Assembly (NCBI GenBank): GCA_036479435.1
Contig: JAZGFI010000119.1
Coordinates: 1 to 44,329 of the forward strand
Length of the DNA: 44,329 nt
Direction: 5' to 3'
Source of the DNA: Planctomycetota bacterium
GTDB lineage: Bacteria; Planctomycetota; GCA-002687715; DRQF01
The translations under genes and the position numbers were made by a program. The first letter of the stretch is position 1. The number at the start of each line of letters is the position of its first letter. Shown piece after piece: positions 38,471-44,329 of this stretch. The notes under the pieces were generated by a model. That model was not told where the DNA came from and ran no database searches. It worked only from the letters and a program-made list of their open reading frames with translations.

Positions 38471-39637
38471 TCAGCGCCGTTTGCCCTCGACTTTTCCAAA
38501 GGCCCAGTTTTCGGTTTCCATCACAATCTTGAGTTCAACGTTGCTCGGTACGCTCACGGCGACCGGGACCATTCCCGATCCTCATCAGCTTCCCGGGAAG
38601 TACGCCAGCGCGATCTCCTTGCCAGTCTTGTTGTTCAAGATCGTAAACTTCGGCGATTTGCCGAGTGGGCTCCAGTCGTAGTATTCCTCGCCGAGATCGC
38701 CCCAATACCAAACTCTGTCCGGAGACAGGGTGACCTTGGAGGACTCTCGCGCGTAGTCAAAATTGGCCTTGACGGGGCCGCCCCAACCAATGGGAGTCTT
38801 TTGATCCGCCGCGACCAGGATGCTTTTGGACTTACCGCTGCGGAACTTGACGACGTTCTTGCCGATGCCGAGCTGACCGTTGATCAACTTGTAGGGCCCG
38901 GCGGGCACTTTCAGACCTTCCTTGGCACGCGACAGCTCAAAGGAGTAGCGGCCATCGCTGCTTTTGACGACGGCTCCCAAAAGCTTGGCTTTTGATTGAT
39001 GGCCGGAAGCGACATCAAGGATGCCTTGTGCGCCTTCAAAGGCCTTGGTGCGCATCTCGCTGCCATCTTTCGCCACGCTGAGTTTAAATAGCGCGCCGTC
39101 GATGTTGACAACCTTCGACAGAAAAGAGGCAAAACGTCCCCGACCAATGACCATGGCGTCCTCGCCGAAGTCGTTGAAACGTCCGTTGTTGTTTTGATCA
39201 ATGAGTTGAATCTTGGTTTTCCCAATTTTGCCCTGGCGCACATGCGCGGGGCGAAAGGCCCAACCTTTGGGGCTTGGCACCACGCGAAGGGCGTAGGCAG
39301 CTTGGTTTTTGCCTTCCAGCGTGATGAGGGCGCCTTCGTTCTCGACGGTAACGTCCATCTTGCCGTCGCCATCGACGTCGATTCTCAAAGACGTGCCTTC
39401 CGGCTTAGCGCCGAAGAATTGGCCCAGCGTGTTTTGAAAGTGAAAACCTGTACCGACGAGCGTCAATTGCTCCTGCGGCAACACCAGCTTCCAACTCCTG
39501 AGGGTCTTGTGTTTAAGGGGGATCGCGCCGGACTCGATAGGGGCCGCGTTGGCAGTCCGGGTGTAGGCCAGGTCTTGCGCCGGCAAAAGCCCCATCCATA
39601 GACCGCTGCAGAGCAGAGTCAAAAGCAACTTGTTCAT
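38471..39637 (-). CDS. Secreted hypothetical protein; 350 aa if it stops at 38585, or 388 aa if the tandem TGA-TGA is read as Sec-Sec
   Basis: Signal peptide MNKLLLTLLCSGLWMGLLPA and DxDGDG / DQNNNG Ca-binding-like motifs. After FPGS come TGA (38587-38585) and TGA (38584-38582), then 36 open codons (GSGMVPVAVSVPSNVELKIVMETENWAFGKVEGKRR) to TGA at 38473-38471. The CDS itself is solid; the read-through is inferred. Confidence 0.6.
38546..38580 (-). promoter_or_regulatory. Candidate SECIS-like hairpins downstream of TGA-TGA
   Basis: GATCGGGA-ATGG-TCCCGGTC (38580-38561) and the overlapping alternative CGGTCGC-CGTGA-GCG(T)ACCG (38565-38546). Confidence 0.4.
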
Positions 39638-39796
39638 GTCTTGGCCTCATCCTTAGGAAGTCGACATCGAGGAAAGCTCCCATAGCTTGCCTTATTCACT
39701 CATCGGAAGTGAGAAGCCTTCGGTGGCTTTTTTTCCACAGCCGACTCCTCCAGATTTCGGATCTTGGCCCCCACCCTCAGAGCAGCGGCGACCCTC

Positions 39797-41500
39797 TTAA
39801 GCAGATTCTTCGGCGTGGGACAAAACGAACCGTAGAGTAACCCGAGTCCCGCGACTCGAGACGCTTTCCACCCGAACATCGCCGCCACGGCGCTCTATCA
39901 GGCCCTTGACCACAGCCAAACCCACGCCAACCCCCGCTTCGCCTTTGGTGCTGAAATAGGGTTCAAAGACGCGGCTCAGCGTGGATTCATCCATCCCGGC
40001 CCCATCGTCTTCGACGCTAACCTCCACGCGCTCACCTTGCCGCTCGACGCCCACCGCCACGCGTCCTTGCTGCCCTGGCGGAATCGCCTCCACCGCATTC
40101 TTAATCAAGTTCGACAGCACCCTGCCCAATGACAAGCGGTCAATCTCCACCGTGCAAGCTCGGTCCAAGGACTTCCATTCCACTTTCGCCCGCTCTGAAT
40201 ACTGTCGGCGCAGGGCCGCCAAGTCGACGTCCATCGCGCACCGCAGCTCGGTCGTCTCGCGACTCTCCTCCCCCGCCTGCGGTTCTACCAGCAGCTTCTT
40301 CACCAACTCCGTCGCGCGCCGACTCGCCAAGCGCATGTCGTTCACCGATTCTCGTACCGCTTCCGCTCGACCCTGACCCAAATATTCATCCATCAAATCC
40401 AAAGAACCGCTCACGACCATCAGAGCGTTGTTCAAATCGTGTGCCACGCCCGCCGCTTGCCTCCCCACTTCGTCCAAATGACTCGTCAAGAGCATCCGAG
40501 CTTCGGCCTTCACCCGCTCAACGCGCGCGCATTCCAGTTCGTGTAGAAATGTTGCCAACGCCAACCCGGACAGTGTAAGGACCACCAAGAAAGTCTGCAT
40601 CGCCAAGACATCTGCGTGCAGGGTTGTGCCCGATTGGACAAAAGGCCCGCGCCCAGAATCGGTAAAAAGCGCCAACATGATCACGACCACAAAGTTTGCC
40701 GAGCTCACGCCCAAGACCCGGAAACGCGCCCCCGCCCAAATCACGAGAGGAAACAACAAGTAGGGGAATCCGAACAGATCGCGAAGCGGTGGAGACTTGT
40801 CCTGAAAACTCAGCGTTCCCAACACCAACACCAAGCTGACGAGAATGAGGTACTCCAGAAGTAGCCACCGATCGAGTCCTCGGTCACCGATCCGTTTAAG
40901 CCGACTGCGTGCCGACATCGCCAGGGGAACGATCGTTAGCATGCCCAGCGCATTGCCAGCCCACCAAACGCCCCAGCTCAGCGAAAACAAGATTGCCTCA
41001 TTCGCTGAATCCCAAATCAACGCGCCCACCAAGCTCCAGATCCCCGATGCCAAGACCGCCGCACCCACGACCACTGCCAATAAGGTTCGCACGCGCGAAC
41101 TCTGGAGAGGCCGGCCACCGAAACGCCCTACCAAGTACGCCGCGGTGACGCCCTCCGCGACATGACATCCCCCCACCGACGTCGCCACCCCAAGAGTCGC
41201 CAGGTCAAAATCCCGCAAGCTCCCCATGTAGTAGAAGTTTCCCACGACTTCCGAACTCGACGCCAAAGCCAGCAACACTCCCCAAAGCCGCCGTTTCGCC
41301 AACAACAAGGCCGCCGCCAAGGCCCCCGACGAAAACCAAACCATCGCCACGCTTTGGGCTGAGTACTGCAAAAAGTAGCCCAGGTGGATGGACGCCTGGT
41401 GCGCCAGCACGAATATCCCGAGCCCCAATATCAGTCGCATGTACTTCACAGGCCCAAATCTACACTTCCCCACACCGGCCCCTACCCCCTCCCCCATCAA
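39797..41500 (-). CDS. MASE1-domain membrane sensor histidine kinase
   Basis: Multi-TM MASE1-like N-terminus (VWFSSG, WWAGNALGML..P, PLVIWAGARF, GRGPF), H-box VAHDLNN, NLIKNAVEA, DDGAG, FEPYFSTK, GVGVGL. True start may be 41449 or 41440. Confidence 0.9.
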   Translation of the reverse strand: MMGEGVGAGVGKCRFGPVKYMRLILGLGIFVLAHQASIHLGYFLQYSAQSVAMVWFSSGALAAALLLAKRRLWGVLLALASSSEVVGNFYYMGSLRDFDLATLGVATSVGGCHVAEGVTAAYLVGRFGGRPLQSSRVRTLLAVVVGAAVLASGIWSLVGALIWDSANEAILFSLSWGVWWAGNALGMLTIVPLAMSARSRLKRIGDRGLDRWLLLEYLILVSLVLVLGTLSFQDKSPPLRDLFGFPYLLFPLVIWAGARFRVLGVSSANFVVVIMLALFTDSGRGPFVQSGTTLHADVLAMQTFLVVLTLSGLALATFLHELECARVERVKAEARMLLTSHLDEVGRQAAGVAHDLNNALMVVSGSLDLMDEYLGQGRAEAVRESVNDMRLASRRATELVKKLLVEPQAGEESRETTELRCAMDVDLAALRRQYSERAKVEWKSLDRACTVEIDRLSLGRVLSNLIKNAVEAIPPGQQGRVAVGVERQGERVEVSVEDDGAGMDESTLSRVFEPYFSTKGEAGVGVGLAVVKGLIERRGGDVRVESVSSRGTRVTLRFVLSHAEESA

Positions 41501-41539
41501 TCTTTGATGAATTCCCCGCCATCTTTTTGCTTCCTACAC

Positions 41540-41567
41540 TTCACCTTTTCCCCAGGCTCATTATCAT
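41540..41567 (+). promoter_or_regulatory. Candidate sigma-70 promoter of the tRNA gene
   Basis: TTCACC-N16-TATCAT followed by GC-rich GCCCACGC, 11 bp before the tRNA 5' end. Confidence 0.4.
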
Positions 41568-41578
41568 GCCCACGCAAA

Positions 41579-41619
41579 GGGCCCTTAGCTCAGTTGGTTA
41601 GAGCAGGAGACTCATAATC
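41579..41619 (+). tRNA. 5' half of tRNA-Ile2 (anticodon CAT), broken just after the anticodon loop; probable att junction
   Basis: GGGCCCT-TA-GCTC-AGTTGGTTA-GAGC-A-GGAGA-CTCATAA-TC gives the acceptor 5' strand, D arm and anticodon loop, closely resembling lysidine-type tRNA-Ile2 genes. No T arm or acceptor 3' strand follows. Confidence 0.85.
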
Positions 41620-41711
41620 GAAAGCTACTGGCCGAGTCTTTCCCCTAAACAATCTTCTTATCTGCTAGCCCTCACTCGATTTGTCGACTAGACTTTGGGT
41701 GTCTGCTCAGA

Positions 41712-42818
41712 ATGCTGTGTCAGCAAATGAGCAAACAAAACGGCGTCCCACGCATCTTCACCCTGGATCAGCAGCCCATGAGAGTGTTCGTTCGCGGAAA
41801 ATCCAAAATGCTATGGATCTACTTTCGTCTTGGCGGTCGGACGTTTCGTGAATCGTCACGCACTACGGATCGAGAGAAGGCCCGACAGTTTCTTGCTTGC
41901 CGTTATAACGAGGAGATGCGTCGTCAGGCAGTCTTGGAAAGCCCAGAAAGGATGCCGCTGAGTTTGGCTTTCGAAGGCTTCGAGAAGCAACTGGGTGGTT
42001 CTGAAGCAACGGGCTGGGATAGAAAGAAGATTGTGGCCGTTCGAAGCTTCGTCGGCTGGCTTGGAAAGTTCAAGCCTCTTGAAGCTGTCACCATCACCCG
42101 GCTGTCGGCCTACGTAGATTTTCGAATGGAAAGCGTTGTTCCCCAGACTGTTCACCGGGATCTTTCGGCACTATCGACCTTCTTTCAATGGACGGTCCGC
42201 AAAGGCTGGATCGTTCGCAATCCCGTCCGCGATGTTCAGCGGCCGAAAGCGATCCCTCAAAAACGATTCGGCCTCCCGGCCGAGGAGGTTCGCCGGGTTC
42301 TCGTCGCCGTCGAGGGGACTATCTTGGAACCGGTTTTTAAGTTGGCGTTCTTTCAAGGCCTTCGAAGATCCGAAATAGTTGCCGCTCACTTCGAGGACGT
42401 CAACTTGGAGCTTGGTACCTTTTACGTTCGCGGCGGCAAGACGCCGGAAAGTGCAGCAACACTCCCATTACACCCCGAAATGGCTCGTTACGTGTCCGCA
42501 AATGGCTTGGAAGTAGCGTCCAACGGTCAATTTATTGGCCCGATCGTTCGGAAACGGCGTATTCGAGCTGGCGAAGCGGCGTGCTACTCGCCTTGCTCTC
42601 TTGAAAACTATCGGAAAGAAATGAATGCGGCCGGGGCTCGTCTGCCCAACTTCCACCTTGCCCGACATACACTCGGTACTTTGCTCGTCGAAAAGGGAGT
42701 CGACATCTATCGGGTTTCTCGACTTCTCCGACACTCAAGCGTCAGGACGACCGAGCGGTATTACGTCCACCTCCGCCCTGCCATTGCACGTGAGGATCTT
42801 GCTCAATTCCTGGCATGA
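41712..42818 (+). CDS. Tyrosine recombinase/integrase
   Basis: N-terminal arm-binding-like WIYFR.GGR.FRESS.TTDR, and catalytic set R (GLRRSE), K (GKT), HxxR (HLARH), H (LRHSS), Y (TERYY). Confidence 0.93.
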   Translation: MLCQQMSKQNGVPRIFTLDQQPMRVFVRGKSKMLWIYFRLGGRTFRESSRTTDREKARQFLACRYNEEMRRQAVLESPERMPLSLAFEGFEKQLGGSEATGWDRKKIVAVRSFVGWLGKFKPLEAVTITRLSAYVDFRMESVVPQTVHRDLSALSTFFQWTVRKGWIVRNPVRDVQRPKAIPQKRFGLPAEEVRRVLVAVEGTILEPVFKLAFFQGLRRSEIVAAHFEDVNLELGTFYVRGGKTPESAATLPLHPEMARYVSANGLEVASNGQFIGPIVRKRRIRAGEAACYSPCSLENYRKEMNAAGARLPNFHLARHTLGTLLVEKGVDIYRVSRLLRHSSVRTTERYYVHLRPAIAREDLAQFLA

Positions 42819-43022
42819 CGGCTCTCCCCCGAAACTCAGGAATAAGGTGGGGGATTAGCTTCCCCGCATGACCTACTTTGATCTCCTATTTTGCGATGCC
42901 ATCTTCTTTTCTCAAAAGCCCCCCCACCCCCCAGAATTGACAGCAAGGCCACTGGGTTTTGATGGTGGGTGGTGAGCCTCCGGCACTTGTTTTTCCTCGT
43001 ACGCCGGATTTGACCCCCACGA

Positions 43023-43061
43023 GGTTGCCGTTCGTTACCTACTTAACGGCAACCATTTTTT
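43023..43061 (+). terminator. Terminator-like hairpin
   Basis: Perfect 10-bp stem GGTTGCCGTT/AACGGCAACC with a 12-nt loop, followed by A and a run of at least six T. Confidence 0.5.
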
Positions 43062-43390
43062 GGCATCCTGATTTGGCTGGTTCATCAGGTGGTATCGAAA
43101 ACTCTCGAACGCCACTTTTATGATGCCGACTCTTGGCGTTTTGGCAGGAAAGATCCGCGAGGTTTTAAGATCGCATCTTAAATCGTGAGTGTGTGAGACA
43201 GCCCCACCACGGTTTTAGGGATCGGCGTTGTTGTCCCCAGAACGAAAAAAGTGGGTGGGAGTAAGGGAGTGTGTGTCTCGGACTCAAAAGCACTACCCCG
43301 AGGGAGATTTAATGGTAACTACATTGCCAATCTAATTTGTTGGCAGAGCGAATCGCTCGGGTTGAGAGTCAAGGGTGGATCAACATACGA

Positions 43391-43915
43391 TCAAGCACGA
43401 GCCATTTCCGGCTCTGTGTTTTTTACTTGTTCTTCCAAAGCTGAAATGCGTTCTTCGAGGATCATGCGGAACTTCTTTGGGTTTGGGATTCCAGGCAGCT
43501 CTGTTGTTTTGCCACCGGTTCCACTTACTACGACACACCCGTATTCGAACATCCCTTGGCGAATTGAGACGCCTTCGATCTTCGCTAGGCGAATTTCATC
43601 CATTTGGGTGTTGAAGATGCCTCGGGACAGAATGACCCGTTTGTTGGTGATGGCATATTCAGTTCCGGCGTGCCTTGCGTAGGACCATATCACCGTGACG
43701 ATCGTCGCCATGATTGTCAGCATCCAGTAGGGAAAAAGAGACGCCCCCTTGTCGCCTTCGTATCTGGGCTCCTCCTTCATGATGATCGCGAGTACCAATA
43801 CTGATCCAGTCAACACGAGGGTCCAAATTGGAAACTGAAGCGAGGCTGTCGGGTGGATACCCGTGGTAAACCTGATTCGCTCGCCCTTTGCCAGACTATC
43901 TTGGATTTCAGACAT
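43391..43915 (-). CDS. Membrane protein with bacterial PH (bPH_2) domain
   Basis: L..GE.I.F...IH start, two TM helices, and TEYAITNKRVILSRGIF...EIRL.KIEGVSIRQG..YG.V.V.GTGG..I.NP..FR. Confidence 0.85.
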   Translation of the reverse strand: MSEIQDSLAKGERIRFTTGIHPTASLQFPIWTLVLTGSVLVLAIIMKEEPRYEGDKGASLFPYWMLTIMATIVTVIWSYARHAGTEYAITNKRVILSRGIFNTQMDEIRLAKIEGVSIRQGMFEYGCVVVSGTGGKTTELPGIPNPKKFRMILEERISALEEQVKNTEPEMARA

Positions 43916-44035
43916 TTGATTTCTCCGTGAAATTTCTCCATTCTCTTCTTCGGGATTCCAAGCCTACGAGCTTCATGATGGGTAGCACCGTCTCGGCCGC
44001 CTTGGTGCCAGCAACCTTCCCCTGAGCCCCCAGAA
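43908..44035 (-). pseudogene. 3' remnant of an ORF interrupted by the IS
   Basis: Open frame LGAQGKVAGTKAAETVLPIMKLVGLESRRREWRNFTEKSNV* runs from the IS end to a TGA that lies just inside the start of the bPH gene (ATGTCTGA). Confidence 0.4.
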
Positions 44036-44329
44036 GGGTGTGGTTCTCGTAGTGAGAAACCCGGACTCACGCGGCTCTCCTCACCGGGGTCCGAATGCGC
44101 TCGAAGAGTTTGTCCATCGCTGGGTGCCATCGGCTACTAAGCGCTAGCGCTCGAAACTGCATGACTTGATGGCCTGAGTCTTCCTTCCATCTCGACCCGG
44201 ACCTCTTCATCCTCATCGCGACCAAAGACTTGCAGGTAGCCTCGACGTTTCCGCTGCCGATCGGCAGCTTTTTGTTGAGCGCAGTCGAGTAGTTCATTCG
44301 GTCCTTGTGATTTTCAATGTAGGTGATGG
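44036..44329 (-). mobile_element. Right end of an insertion sequence (ISKra4/ISLre2-like)
   Basis: Transposase C-terminus, then 31 bp to a probable terminal inverted repeat (GGGTGTGGTTCTCGTAGTGAGA on the plus strand from 44036). The other end is outside the window. Confidence 0.65.
44067..44329 (-). CDS. Transposase C-terminal part (ISKra4/ISLre2, UPF0236-like), cut by the window edge
   Basis: RMNY......LPIGSGNVEATCKSLV..RMKRSGSRW motif. Confidence 0.85.
   Translation of the reverse strand, partial: ITYIENHKDRMNYSTALNKKLPIGSGNVEATCKSLVAMRMKRSGSRWKEDSGHQVMQFRALALSSRWHPAMDKLFERIRTPVRRAA

Larger units (their letters stand above)
41611..44329. mobile_element. Left end of a tRNA-targeting integrative element (genomic island or prophage-like), running past the window edge
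   Basis: Broken tRNA immediately followed by a tyrosine integrase, visibly more AT-rich non-coding DNA, a cargo gene and an IS. Confidence 0.8.

Noticed and set aside
38582..38587. Genome-wide TGA reassignment to Trp or Gly as the explanation for TGA-TGA
   Set aside because: TGA clearly acts as stop elsewhere in the window, for example the ATGA overlaps at 4040-4043, 5248-5251 and 9115-9118.
41611..41720. Group I intron in the tRNA-Ile(CAT) anticodon loop (Azoarcus type)
   Set aside because: tRNA sequence continues through CATAATC past the expected splice site, no intron core or 3' exon is recognisable, and an integrase follows directly.

Overview
GC-rich bacterial window whose gene content (ECF sigma plus alpha-2-macroglobulin, MoxR/DUF58/vWA operon, giant TPR proteins) suggests a Planctomycetota-like organism; the taxonomy is inferred. 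From left to right: a DUF4143-type AAA ATPase preceded by a 23-bp tandem repeat; a minus-strand signalling operon (Rab/Ras-like small GTPase, cytoplasmic histidine kinase, FixJ-like regulator, coiled-coil protein, membrane protein with a triplicated domain and an apparently truncated OmpA-like end); an orphan CofD/YvcK-like gene; an ECF sigma factor coupled to a membrane-anchored thioester alpha-2-macroglobulin; a TPR protein and GT4 glycosyltransferase; a fatty-acid desaturase; a hybrid kinase facing an aspartate-less response regulator; a seven-gene MoxR operon; a secreted protein gene; a MASE1 kinase; and the left end of an integrative element (tyrosine integrase, bPH protein, IS transposase) inserted in the anticodon arm of a tRNA-Ile2(CAT) gene. 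The best novelty candidate is the secreted protein at 39637-38471 (-). Its frame reads ...FPGS-TGA-TGA-GSG... and stays open for 36 more codons, with hairpins just downstream of the two TGAs and a terminator only after the extension. This suggests a selenoprotein with two adjacent selenocysteines. All family calls come from motif recognition by eye; no searches were run.
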